Origin: the human T2T-CHM13v2.0 reference genome, Homo sapiens
NCBI RefSeq assembly: GCF_009914755.1
Contig: NC_060938.1
Length of the DNA: 64,000 bases
Reading direction: 5' to 3' (one strand)
Shown one piece after another: positions 27,039-44,840 of the stretch. Both the position numbers and the translations under genes were made by a program. Under the pieces are notes generated by a model. The model was not told the origin of the DNA. It saw only the letters and a list, made by a program, of their open reading frames with translations, and did not search any database. The first letter of the stretch is position 1, and each line of letters begins with the position of its first letter.

Positions 27039-29018
27039 TGAGTAGCTGGGACTACAGGCGCGTGCCACCACGCCCAGCTGAGGCCGCACCCGGCCTCCAA
27101 GGCCTGATGTCTAATACTCTTGTTTGACACTACCCTACTCACTAGTCACTTCTGAGAAACCAAGGAGCAATCGAGGATGTCCTGGTAGACGAGGAACCCT
27201 GATGTCAGCTGACAGTCTAGATGCCAGTACTTTAGGTGATTTTCTAGATGAGCAGCTGGCAGTGAAGGCTTTTATCCCACCACACAGGGGCTTTACTGTC
27301 AGCACCATCAGTCCCTACTCTGACCTCAACTCTTCAGGAAAATGAAAACTTGATTTTCCTTGCAAAATGCATTATCTACAGACCTGTGGAAGGAGAAGGG
27401 TGGCAGGATCTTGTCCTCTTCCCACCAGAAATAAATGCAAAGAGTTCATTCAAATACCCAGATAAATGAAAGAGGAGGCTGAGAGAGGGAGGTCCAGACT
27501 GCGAAAGCCGATGAGAATGGAGGAGACCAAGGAGTCGAGGCTCGAGAAGTCAGAGGCTGAGGATACAAGGAGACAAAGAGGCTGAGACTCCAAGGATGCA
27601 AAAAAGGTGTGGAGGCTGGGGAGTCAGAGAAAGCTGAGGAAGCTGAAGAAGTTGGAGAAGCTAGTAGTTGAAGAAGAGGCTGAGGAGGCTGAGGCACTGA
27701 GGCTGCCGTGAGAAGGGGAAGGCTGGAGGTGCAATGTTTGGCTGGAAGGGTGGGGCTCTGCTGTTTGGAGGAAGGGATGTCCAAGAGCAAGAGCCAAGTG
27801 TGCCCTGTCAGATGCCATCAGTCTTGAACCAGCCTGTCTCTTTAGCAAATGAATGTAAACTAGAGGCTCTATTTAAACAAGTTTCACATAACATCTCCTA
27901 CTTCTCCTGACTCGTTCTAATTTCCATATCCAAATACAGTAGTGATTTCATGGTTAGCCTCCTTTATGTTGCAAATAAATATCAATCCATGCCCATTGTG
28001 TCATTCTTTGTATCCTTTATAATAACTTCTGGGGATACAGATAGAATAGAATATAAAATAATTTGCCGTGGAAACTTGATGTGAAAAGCAAATCATTTTG
28101 ACAGGTGACCAGCAACTTTAGGGTGCTTACCTAAAGTCTAGAATTCATATGTAGGTGATCTGGCTATTTTATAGAGAGATGATTCAATTAGCAGTCCACT
28201 ATGAGGCAGAATTCTATAAAATAATAATTTGTTAAAGTAAAATAACTTCTATAACTCTGAAAATTATATCAAATAGTTTTTAGACTGTGCTATTTGAGCT
28301 GAACATAACTGAATCAATTTAAGGTCCTGAAAGAGTTCGAACAAATTTAAAGTGGAGGTGGTTTCCAACTATTTGCTTAAATTACACATCTGGTCATTAA
28401 AGCAAATTAGTGTTTTGTGTCATTGACGCTAGAATGCTGAGCTTCCTACTGCTTAACTTCAGTCCCATCTGGAATGTGTATTAACATAGGCCAGGGACTT
28501 AGGAGCAGATGTCCCATATCATTCTATATCACATTATATATTATCTAATTATAAGTTTAGAAATTATATGTACAATAAAAGCTGGATTATCCGACATTGC
28601 CCTAACTCATGTTTTTTGTTTTTTGTTTTTTGTTTTGAGACGGAGTCTTGCTCTCCTCGCCCAGGCTGGAGCGCATTATCTTGGCTCCCAGTTTCAGGCG
28701 ATTCTGCCTCAGCCTCCTGAGTAGCTGGGATTATAGGTGCCAGCCACCACACCCGGCTGTGTTTTGTATTTTTAGTAGAGACAGGGTTTGGCCATGTTGG
28801 CCAGGCTGGTCTCGAACTCCTGATCTTGTGATCTGTCCACCTCGGCCTCCCAAAGTGCTGAGATTACAGGCATGAGCCACCATGCCCAGCCCTAACTCAT
28901 TATAATTTTATGAATTATGTGTACAATAAAGTTGGATTATCTGTCATTGATCTAATGAGTTCTAGGAATTAGAATCTCTGATACCCTCCCAAAATAAATC
29001 TTCATGCTAGTTGGCTCC

Positions 29019-29386
29019 TGATATGGCTTGGCTGTGTCTCCACCCAAATGTCACCTTGAATTATAATAATCTCCATGTGTCAAGGGTAGGGCCCAGTGGG
29101 AGATGATAATTGAATCATGGGGGCAGTTTTTTCCATACTGTTCTCCTAGTAGTGAATAAGTCTCATGAGACCAGGTGATTTTATAAAGGGTTTCCCCTTT
29201 CGCTTGGTTCTCATTCTCTCTTGCCTGCTGACATGTAAGACGTGACTTTGCTCTTCATTCACCTTCAGCCATGATTGTGAGACCTCCCCAGTCATGTGGA
29301 AATGTGAGTCAATTAAACCTCTTTCCTTTATAAATTACCTAGTCTCAGGTATGTCTTTATTAGCAGTGTGAGAACAGACTAATACA
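29019..29386 (+). mobile_element. THE1 (THE1B/C-like) MaLR solo LTR
   Basis: TGATATGGCTTGGCTGTGTC start and AGAACAGACTAATACA end. 5-bp TSD GCTCC/GCTAC. Confidence 0.92.
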
Positions 29387-30169
29387 GCTACTAATGCTGA
29401 AATTCAACAAATGTCAACACATTTTGAAGATGTCAGAGTTGTTTCAAAGTCTTTAGATAAGCCGAGTAAGCCAGGGGAAAAAACCTTTCTCCTAAAATTC
29501 AAACAATAAGAAAAGCTTCAGAGATTCATTAGAAATTCCTCTTTTAGGCTGTGCATGATGGTTTATACCCATAATTCCAGTGCTTCAGGAAAATTGCTCA
29601 AGGCCAGGAGTTCAAAACAAGCCTGGGCAACATAGCAAGACCCCTATCCCTACAAAAACTAAAAAAAAAATAAAAAAAAAAAAAATTGCCAGGCATGGTG
29701 GCACACATCTGTAGTCCTAGCTACTGGGAGGTTGAGGCAGGAGGATCACTTGAGCTCAGGAGTTCAAGGCTGCAGTGAGCTATGATCACACTACTACATT
29801 CCATCCTGGGTAACAGAGTGAGACCCTGTCTCCAAAAAAACAGAAAACTAAAATCAAACTGAAATAATTGAAAAATATATTAAATGTGATTACACAACAT
29901 AGGAAACTGAAGAAAATTACAGAAAAGGGAAATCAACTGCGGAATATTCATTAAAATAATCTGGCTTCCACATAGACCAATGGAACTGAAAAGAGAACCC
30001 AGAAATAACACCAATTATGTAAAGCCAACTGATCTTCAACAAAGCATACAAAAACATAAACTGGGGAATGGATACCCTGTTTAATAAATGGTGCTGGGAA
30101 AACTGGCAAGCCAACATGTAGATGAAACTGTACCCCCTGCCTCTCACCTTATATAAAAATCAACTCAAG

Positions 30170-31689
30170 CTCTCCCTCTCCCTCTCCCTCTCCCTCTCGC
30201 CCTCCCCCTCCCCCCCCCCCCGCCCCATGGTCTCCCTCTCCCTCTCCCTCTCTCTCCACGGTCTCCCTCTGATGCCGAGCAGAGGCTGGACTGTAGTGCT
30301 GCCATCTCGGCTCACTGCAACCTCCCTGCCTCATTCTCCTGCCTCAGCCTGCCGAGTGCCTGGGATTGCAGGCGCACGCCGCCACGCCTGACTGGTTTCG
30401 TATTTTTTTGGTGGAGACAGGGTTTCGCCGTGTTGGCCGGGCTGGTCTCCAGCTCCTAACCGCGAGTGATCTGCCAGCCTCGGCCTCCCGAGGTGCCGGG
30501 ATTGCAGACAGAGTCTCGCTCACTCAGTGCTCAATGTTGCCCAGGCTGGAGTGCAGTGGTGTGATCTCGGCTCACTACAACCTCCACCTCCCAGCCGCCT
30601 GCCTTGGCCTCCCAAAGCGCCGAGATTGCAGCCTCTGCCCGGCTGCCACCCCGTCTGGGAAGCGAGGAGCGTCTCTGCCTGGCCGCCCATTGTCTGGGAT
30701 GTGAGGAGCCCATCTGCCCGGCTGCCCAGTCTGGGAAGTGAGGAGCGCCTCTTCCCGGCCGCCATCCCGTCTAGGAAGGGAGGAGCGTCTCTGCCCAGCC
30801 GCCCATCGTCTGGGACTTGGGGAGCGCCTCTGCCCCGCCGCCCCGTCTGGGATGTGAGGAGCGCCTCTGCCCGGCCGCGACCCCGTCTGGGAACTGAGGA
30901 GTTTCTCTGCCCGACCGCCACCCCGTCTGGGAGGTGAGGAGCGTCTCTGCCCGGCCGCCCCGTCTGAGAAGTGAGGAGCCCCTCCGCCCAGCAGCCGCCC
31001 CGTTTGGGAAGTGAGGAGCATCTCCGCCGGGCAGCCGCCCCCTCCAGGAGGTGGGGGACAGCCCCCTTTGGCCAGCCGCCCCGTCCGGGAGGGAGGTGGG
31101 GGGCAGCCCCCACCCGGCAGCCGCCCCGTCTGGGAAGTGAGGGGCCCCTCTGCCCGGCAGCCACCCCGTCTGGGAGGTGTACCCAGCAGCTCATTGAGAA
31201 TGGGCCATGATGATGATGGCGGTTTTGTCGAGTGGAAGTGGGGGAAGTGTGGGGAAAGGAAAGAGAAATCAGATTGTTGCTGTGTCTGTGTAGAAAGAAG
31301 TAGACATGGGAGACTCCATTTTGTTCTGTACTAAGAAAAATTCTTCTGCCTTGGGATGCTGTTAATCTATGGCCTCACCCCCAACCCCTTGCTCTCTGAA
31401 ACATGTGCTGTGTCCACTCAGGGTTAAATGGATTAAGGGTGGTGCAAGATGTGCTTTGTTAAACAGATGCTTGAAGGCAGCATGCTCGTTAAGAGTCATC
31501 ACCACTCCCTAATCTCAAGTACCCAGGGACACAAACACTGCGGAAGGCCGCAGGGTCCTCTGCCTAGGAAAACCAGAGACCCTTGTTCACATGTTTATCT
31601 GCTGATCTTCCCTCCACTATTGTCCTATGACCCTGCCAAATCCCCATCTCTGAGAAACACCCAAGAATGATCAATAAATACGAGAAAAA
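30170..31689 (+). mobile_element. Full-length SVA retrotransposon (probably older SVA_A/B type) inserted in an L1
   Basis: (CCCTCT)n head ~30170-30270, Alu-like ~30271-30630, GC-rich VNTR ~30630-31180, SINE-R ~31180-31680 with AATAAA. 15-bp TSD AAAAATCAACTCAAG at 30155-30169 and 31690-31704. Confidence 0.97.
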
Positions 31690-32145
31690 AAAAATCAACT
31701 CAAGATGGATCAAAGACTTGAATCTAAGACCTGAAACCATAAAAATTCTAGAAGACAACATTGGAAAAATTCTTGTAGACACTGGCCTAGGCAAAGAATT
31801 CATGACTGAGACCCCAAAAGCAAAGGCAATGAAAACAAAAATAAGTAAATGAGACCTAATTAAACTAAAAAGCTTCTGCACAGCAAAAGAAATAAGGACA
31901 GGAAAAAGACAACCCACAGAATGGGAGAAAATATTTGCAAACTATGCATAGAACAAATGACTAGTATTCAGAATCTACAAGGAACGCAAACAAACCAGCA
32001 AGAAAAAAACAATCCCATCAAAAAGTGGGCAAAGAATATGAATAGATATTTCTGAAAAGAAGATATACAAATGGCCAACAAACATAAGGAAAAAATGCTC
32101 AGCATCACTACTTATTAGGGAAATGCAAATTAAAACCACAGTGAG

Positions 32146-32627
<482 letters not shown>

Positions 32628-33871
32628 TGAGTAGCTGGGATTACAGGCATGTGCCACCCATGCCTGGCTAATTTTGTGTTTTTAGTTGAGACAGGGTTTC
32701 TCCATGTTGGTCAGGCTGGTCTTGAACTCCCGACCTCAGGCGATCCGCCCCCCCTCAGCCTCCCAAAGTGCTGGGATTACAGGCATGAGCCACCGCACCT
32801 AGCAAAAATGGCCATTATTAAAAAGTCAAAAAAACAATAAATGTTGGTATGGACGTAGGGGAAAGGAAATACTTATACGCTGCTAGTGGGAATGTAACTT
32901 AGTACAACCTTTATGGAAAACAGTATGGAGATTCCTTAAAGAGTTAAAAGTAGATCTACGATTCTATCCAGCAATCCCATTACTGGGTATCTACTCAAAG
33001 GAAAAGACTTTATATGAAAAAGACACTTGCATACATATGTTTATAGTAGCACAATTCACAATTGCAAAGGTGTGGAACCAACCTAAATGCCCATCAACTA
33101 ATGAATGAATAAAGAAAATGTGGTATATATACACCATGGAATACTCAGCCATAAAAAGAAATAACATCTTTTGCAGCAACTTGGATGGAGGTGGAGTCAT
33201 TATGCTAAGCCATTATGCTAACACAGGAGTGGAAAACCAAAAGCAGTATGTTCTCACTTATAAGTGGGAGCTAAGCTATGAGTACGCAAAAGCATACAGA
33301 GTGACATAATGGAATTTAGAGACTCAGAAGTGGGGGGTAGGAGGGGGACTAGAGATGAAAAACTACATATTAGGCACAATGTACACTACTCAAGTGACAG
33401 ATGCACTAAAATCTCAGAATTCACCACTACTTAATTCATCAATGTAACAGAAAACCACTTATACCCCAAAAGCTATTTAAATAATTTTTTTTTTAAGACA
33501 GAGTCTCACTCTGTTGTGCAGGATGGAGTGCAGTGGTAGAATCTCGGCTCGCTGCAACCTCCGCATACAGGCTCAAGCGATTCTCCTGTCTCAGCCTCCC
33601 AAGCAGCTGTGATTACAGGTACCCACCACCATGCCTAGCTAATTTTTGTATTTTTAGTAGAGATACGGTGTCGTCATGTTGGCCAGGCTGGTCTCGAACT
33701 CCTGACCTCAGATGATCTGCCAGCCTCAGCCTTCCAAAGTGCTGGGATTGCAGGCATGAGCCACCGCACCCAGCCTGCTTCTGTCTCTTTAAAAAATATT
33801 TTAGGCCTGGCCGGGCGCAGTGGCTCCTGCCTGTAATCCCAGCACTTTGGGAGGCCGAGGCAGGTGGATCA

Positions 33872-34153
<282 letters not shown>

Positions 34154-34211
34154 TCACCTGAGGTCAGGAGTTCGAGACCAACCTGACCAACATGGTGAAA
34201 CCCTGTCTCTA

Positions 34212-34391
<180 letters not shown>

Positions 34392-34495
34392 CTAGTAACT
34401 TTGGGCCAGCAAGCAAATAATAATAATAATCTGGCTCCAATATTCCTAATAACATACAAAGAATTCTTACAACTCAAAGTAGAAAAGATAAACTA

Positions 34496-34948
<453 letters not shown>

Positions 34949-35274
34949 CTATACTTTTAAATAGACAAAAGAGCCGGGCGCCGTGGCTCATGCTTGTAAT
35001 CCCAACACTTTGGGAGGCCAAGGCGGGTAGATCACCTGAGGTGGGGAGTTCGAGACCAGCCTGAACAACATGGAGAAATCCCATCTCTACTAAAGTCTCT
35101 ACTTAGCCGGGCATGGTGGCGCATGCCTGTAATCCCAGCACTTTGGGAGGCTGAGGCGGGCAGATCATGAGGTCAGGAATTCGAGACCAGCCTGACCAAT
35201 ATAGTGAAACCCCGTCTCTACTAAAAATACAAAAATTGGCTGGGCGTGGTAGCACACGCCTGTAGTCCCAGCTA

Positions 35275-35382
<108 letters not shown>

Positions 35383-35420
35383 TCAAAAAAAAAAAAAAAA
35401 AAAAAAATTACCCGGGCTTA

Positions 35421-35555
<135 letters not shown>

Positions 35556-35900
35556 TCAAAAGAAAAAGACAATAGAAATGAATGAACGAGTGTTTCACGG
35601 AAGAAATAAATACAACTTATAAACATGAAAAGATGCTTGACATCAGTAGTAACTCAAGAAATTCAAATTAAAGCAATGATTAGATGTTATTTTTATCCTA
35701 ACAGAATGGCAAAGGTGAAAACGATAGTCACTGTTACTATAGGTGGAGGAGGACTTTAATCACTATTAATAAAAGTGTAATTTATTGCAAATTGCCGAAA
35801 GAGTGTGATTTGGCAACCTATATAAGAACCAGAAATTTCACTTCTGAGAATTTGCCCTAAGGCAATAAATCCATCCTGGTGACCAAAAGCACATAAACAT

Positions 35901-36300
35901 TGTTTATGGAACCCAGGATGTGGCTGCAGACTGACTGGGGTTCCACCTTGCACCAACCTCAACACGCAACCTCACCCCTTCAGGGGATTCCACCAGGAAC
36001 CCAGTCACAGTGAGGATGCAGGGATTTTTGCAGCTGTGCCGAGGTAGGCAGAAACACAGGTGGGACATCACATCTCTCAGTGGCATTTCCCTGGAAAATC
36101 CTCTAAAGATCTGCCTTTTCAGCCTCCAGCTCTCCTCTGACCCACCCTGAGGCCCCTCCAAACCCTTATTATTCAGAAAATCAGGTGGCCAGTCTTGAAA
36201 ATCCAGCCCCAGAGGTTGGCATCTGCTCCACAGGCAGGGTTTATCAGACCAGATTATTTCTGCCCAAGAGGCAGGATTGTCATATTAACTGCTGACAACA
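35901..36300. mobile_element. Probable solo LTR (family not identified) interrupting an old L1M fragment (~35590-36430)
   Basis: 400-bp GC-richer block with TGT...ACA termini. Old-L1 3' sequence appears continuous on both sides. Confidence 0.45.
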
Positions 36301-36524
36301 TAAAAATGTCTCTGTGTTAATACATTTATAATAGCAAAAAAATAGGCCACAAGTATAAATGTACAGTATAGGGGATTACATAAATTATGATACATTCATA
36401 CAATGGACAAACTTTTGAAAAGAATGAGTTGGCCGGGTGCGGTGGCTCATGCCTGTAATCCCAGCACTTTGGGAGGCCGAGGTGGACAGATTAGGAAGTC
36501 AGTAGATGGAGACCATCCTGCCTA

Positions 36525-36755
<231 letters not shown>

Positions 36756-36849
36756 CTAACATGGGATGAGCCAGGTGTGGTGGCATGTGGCTGTAATCCC
36801 AGCTACTCAGGAGCCCAAGGTGGAAGGATCACTTGAGGCCCGAAGTTCA

Positions 36850-37098
<249 letters not shown>

Positions 37099-38294
37099 CT
37101 AGCTACTCAGGAGACTGAGGCAGGAAAATCACTTGAATCCAGGAGGCAGAGGTTGCAGTGAGCCAAGATTGCGCCATTGCACCCCAGCATGGGCAACAAG
37201 AGTGAAAAAAAAAAAAAAAAAAAAGAGGTACAGATGAAGGCAACAGACTTGCAGAACAGGATATATGCTATGAACACATTGTCAGTTTTGTGCATTGAGG
37301 TACCCCAATGTCTTGAGCAATTCCTGGCATAAAAGAGGTACGCAAGTATTTGTTGAATGGATGAATGTTTGTTAAAAGAAAGATGTAGGAGGCCTAGAAT
37401 CTTGTCTACCGTTATCTCCAGAGTCTCCCAATGGCTGGGAAATTGCCTAGGGGCCCATAGTGTGTCCTTTAAAAATATGTAACAGGACTGGTGAAGTAGC
37501 TTATGCCTGTAATTGCAGCACTTTGGGAGGCTAAGGCAGGAGTATCACTTGAGCCTGGGAGTTCAAAACCAGCCTGGGCAGCATGGGAAGACCCTGTCTC
37601 TACATGAAATTTAAAACTTAGCCAGGAGTAGTGTTACGTGCCTGTAATCCCAGGTACTCAGGAGGCTAAGGTGGGAGGATCAATTGAGCCCCCGATGTCG
37701 AGGCTACAGTAAGCCATGATTGTGCCACTGCACTCCAGCCTGGATGACAGAGCGAGACCCTATCTCAAAAAGAAAAATAAAAAATACACAATAGTTATCA
37801 GCTACTAATCCTGAGGACAGGGATACTGAAGAAAGAAAGAAAAGAGATCACTTTTTACTTTACGTGATGCTATATTGTTTACCTTACATGCATGTAATAC
37901 TATCGTGAAAATTCATAATAGTAGAGGTTGGGAGCAGAAAGCTTGAAGTTCTGAGAAAAACAAGGGCAAATAAGTATGATATCTTACAATCTGTTATACC
38001 TCTAATTGTTCTCATTTTAACTACTTCACTCAAGCCATTTTCTTCTAAACCTCTCTAAGTAACCCAGGAAAAAATAAAAATTAGCATCTGTATGACTGCT
38101 TGACCAGGCCTGTTTACATTAACAATCCCTTCAGGTCCACAAGTTTAAATCTTAAGTAACACAGATTTTTGATTGCCTAAAAACCACCATTTCACCAATA
38201 CAACAATAGCTGGAGCTTTTACCATAGCACAAATTGACATTTGGGTATTGTTCTAAAATGACATGTCCATAGTTCAATAGTTGAGTGAGATTTT

Positions 38295-38325
<31 letters not shown>

Positions 38326-38686
38326 AGACAGGGTCTTGCTCTGTCACTCAGGCTAGAGAGCAATGGTACAATCATAGCTCACTGCAGCCTCCAACTCCTA
38401 GGCTCAAGTGATTCTCCCATCCTCACCTCCTGCCTCAGCCTCCCAAATAGCGGGGACTATACAGGTGACCACCACAATCGAGAGTTTTCTTTTTTTCCTT
38501 TACGTGGATTGCAGATTTGATGGCAGTAGTAAAAAAAGTCAACACAGGCCAGGTGCGGTGGCTCATGCCTGTAATCCCAGCACTTTGGGAGGCCGAGGTG
38601 GGCAGATTACCTGAGGTCAGGAATTCGAGACCAGCCTGACCAACATGGAGAAACCCTGTCTCTACTAAAAATACAAAAATTAATCA

Positions 38687-38809
<123 letters not shown>

Positions 38810-39027
38810 CTAGAGTGAAACTACGTCTCAAAAAACAAAGTCAACACAAAATAGAGGGAGATTTCCTGGCTCTGCTGCCCCAGTCCGTGCTAGCCCCTGA
38901 GCTTCAGCACTGTGACATGTCCTAAATCTCCTTAACTTCCCCATCAATTCCATGAAGAATACCTTAGCTGATCCTCTTACTCATTATCGCTCACTGAGTT
39001 ACCCCGTGAGGCCAGAAGACAGCCTTG

Positions 39028-39557
39028 TATATTGTTTCAATATATAACATATATTGTTTCAATATATAACATATTGTTTCAATATATAACATATATTGTT
39101 TCAATATATAACATATATTGTTTCAATATATAACATATATTGTTTCAATATATAACATATATTGTTTCAATATATAACATATATTGTTTCAATATATAAC
39201 ATATATTGTTTCAATATATAACATATATTGTTTCAATATATAACATATATTGTTTCAATATATAACATATATTGTTTCAATACATAACATATATTGTTTC
39301 AATACATATTATATATTGTTTCAATACATATTATATTGTTTCAATACATAATATATTGTTTCAATACATAATATATTGTTTCAATATACAATATATTGTT
39401 TCAATATATAATATATATTGTTTCAATATATTATATACTGTTTCAATATATATTATATACTGTTTCAATATATATTATATATTGTTTCAATATATAATAT
39501 ATAGTTTCAATATATATTATATATTGTTTCAATATATAATATATATTGTTTCAATAT
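39028..39557. repeat. AT-rich minisatellite, 25 units of 20-22 bp, consensus ATATATTGTTTCAATATATAAC
   Basis: 25 counted occurrences of the GTTTCAAT core at 20-22 bp spacing. Confidence 0.97.
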
Positions 39558-39883
39558 GTATTTTCCCCCAAAATCTCCCAAGTGAATCTGATGTTCCAAG
39601 GAAGACATGAATCTATCCGGTGGTTTCAAGTCTCCCCAGCACACAAACTGACTTAGAAAACCTGGCCACAGGCCTTTCCCACCTTATCTTCAGCTCTGAT
39701 TTGATTATCAAAGTTTTCTGGCAATTACAGGACTCCAGGATCTGTAGGCTTCAATCAACAGCTCACACCACCTCCCTAACAAATGGCTGTCCTTATCATT
39801 CTTCTGCTCACAAAGCATAAGGGCCCCTATTTTCTTTTCTTTTTTTTTTTAATTTTTTATTTTATTTTATTTCATTTTTTTGA

Positions 39884-40156
<273 letters not shown>

Positions 40157-40177
40157 TGATCATTTTTTTTTTTTTAA

Positions 40178-40483
<306 letters not shown>

Positions 40484-40731
40484 TAGGAACTCCTTTGTCT
40501 TGCTTTTGAAGATCTCCACCGTCAGACTGCAATCTCCTGGTTACTAGAGTCTCCACACATGCTGGTGGCCCCCGCATCCACAAAAGGCCCCTCCATTCAT
40601 AAACACCACATGCTTGCCCCTACCTTTATGTCTGGAATTTCTTCCCCACTTGCCTCTAAGTGTCCAAATTATGTTATATCATGTTCTTCCAGATTTAGCT
40701 TAAGTTTTCCTTCTTAAATTTAATGGAATTT

Positions 40732-42641
<1,910 letters not shown>

Positions 42642-43030
42642 GACGCACCCAACCTTTTCCTCACATTTTGGATAATGCCTTATCTCTGATCCCTAAGTCC
42701 TCAACTAAACCATCCCAGTAGCCCTTTCCCTTCCCCACACCCCTGACTCCATGCCAAGTTCCTGCCTTGGTCCCTGTCTCCTCTTGCCCTTCCAGGCCTC
42801 CCAGAGGCAATTATCCTGGCTTTGAACCCCAGCTCACCCTACCTTCATTTCAGTGTTCCCCGATGGCTACCTATTGCCGGTGCCAGGTGCTAAGAGGTTC
42901 TACCCCCAGGCTGGACACCTTCCTGTAGCCTCCTAATGGTGGCCTCTGGGTTCCAACCCTCTCAGACAGATGGAACGTTAGTTACTACATTTCCAAAGCC
43001 TCCACAACTCCACCAAAGGAATTACATTTA

Positions 43031-43240
<210 letters not shown>

Positions 43241-44644
43241 TCACCAGAGGTCAGGAGTACAAGACCAGCCTGCCCAACACTGTGAAACCTCGCCTTTTCT
43301 AAAAATACAAAAATTGGCTTGGCGTGGTGGCGGGCACCTATAATCCCAGTTACCCAGGAGATTAAGGCTGAAGAATCGCTTGAACCCAGGAGATGGAGGT
43401 TGAAGAGAGCCAAGATCGCACCACTGCATTCCAGCCTGGGCAACAAGAGCGAGACTCCGTCGCAAAAAATAAATAAATAAATAAATAAATAAGTAAATAA
43501 ATAAATAAATAAATAAAATACAATTTAGCCAAGTGTGGTGGCTTACACCTGTGGTCCTAGCTACCCAAGAGGCTTAGGCAGGAGGGTCACTTGAACCCAA
43601 GAGGTCAAGGCTGCAGTGAGCTATGATTACACCACTGCACTCCAGCCTGGGTAGAGTGAGATGCTGTCTCAAAAAAAACAAAAATGCTGTATAGCAGGTG
43701 TGTGAATGATGGCAACTCAGAGATGAGCATGAGGGCCTCCATTAAAAGAATGCGCAGGCTAGTAGGGAAAACAGTCCAGAAGAGGCAGGGATTTTTTCTG
43801 CCTGAAATGTCTGGGTGTTAGGAAGGCCTGATAGAAGAGATGACATTTAACATGGGCCTTGAAGGGTGTGTAGGATTCCCCAGCCTAGAGCTGGAAATGT
43901 GAGGAGGGGGCCATGTGGAGACATTCCAGACAGAGGAAACTGCATGAGCCAGAGACATCCAGGACTCGAAAGGTCCCGGCCTCTTCAGAATGGCAAGCCC
44001 CTTGGCTAAGTCAAAGGCTGAGTTTTGACTACATTTTTCCAATTAAGAAATGTTTTCCCATTTCCACGAGAGAAGAAAACATTTTTTGAAAAAAGGGACA
44101 GAGCATGGGCATGTTCTCTTACAAATCCTTACTGGTGGCAAATCTTGTCCTTTGAAAGTAGGTCCTTTTTTATAAATATCCCAAAGTCAGTTAGAGAATA
44201 ATCTGATGATTCATGTAGGTTACCAAACTGGTTCATGTTCTCTTGAATGTGCAAAAAAAAGTCATGAAACGTTTCTCATGATAAAGTCATGAAACTGATC
44301 TTGGCCCATACAGGAACTCAAAAGGCAATTTCAAAAGTTAGTGACCAAGCCAGAAGTATAGGAATTCTCCTAGACTCCTCCCTCTGCCTCTACCTTCACT
44401 TTAGATTACTGACCAAGATATATAACCATTCCCTAGCCATTGGATGACTCCACTGTCCTGGCCACCTCTCTCCTTTCTTCCCAGGCCATATCTTAGGTTA
44501 ACCACTGGTTCTCACCTGGATGAGCCAAAGGTGCAGCCTGTGTTTTGGTTAGGTGGAGGGTGGTGGAAACTAGTTCGTCATTTTCCACCTTGATGAAAAA
44601 TGTGTAATTGTTACGCTCTCGAAGAGCACGTGGAACTGTGGGTT

Positions 44645-44777
44645 ATATTTCACCATGTATATATATGGTATATATATGTATATATATGTATATATATGTA
44701 TATTTCACCATATATATGTATGTATATATATTTCACCATATATATGTATATGGGAACCATGTATATACATATGTATA

Positions 44778-44823
<46 letters not shown>

Positions 44824-44840
44824 CACACATACATACATAC
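44645..44840. repeat. (TA)n/(TG)n/(CA)n compound low-complexity tract with repeated ATTTCACCAT units
   Basis: TATTTCACCAT occurs three times, separated by TA-rich runs. Confidence 0.9.

Noticed and set aside
29281-29297. PRDM9 recombination-hotspot motif in the THE1 LTR
   Set aside because: Sequence is CCTCCCCAGTCAT, not the hotspot-associated CCTCCCTAGCCAC variant.
30366-31334. 100-224-aa ORFs on both strands
   Set aside because: They lie in the SVA Alu-like and VNTR domains; repetitive GC-rich artefacts.
39028-39557. Resemblance of the regular palindromic array to a CRISPR array; 112-aa Y/I-rich ORF
   Set aside because: No unique spacers, no cas genes, human DNA; it is a tandem minisatellite and the ORF is its translation.
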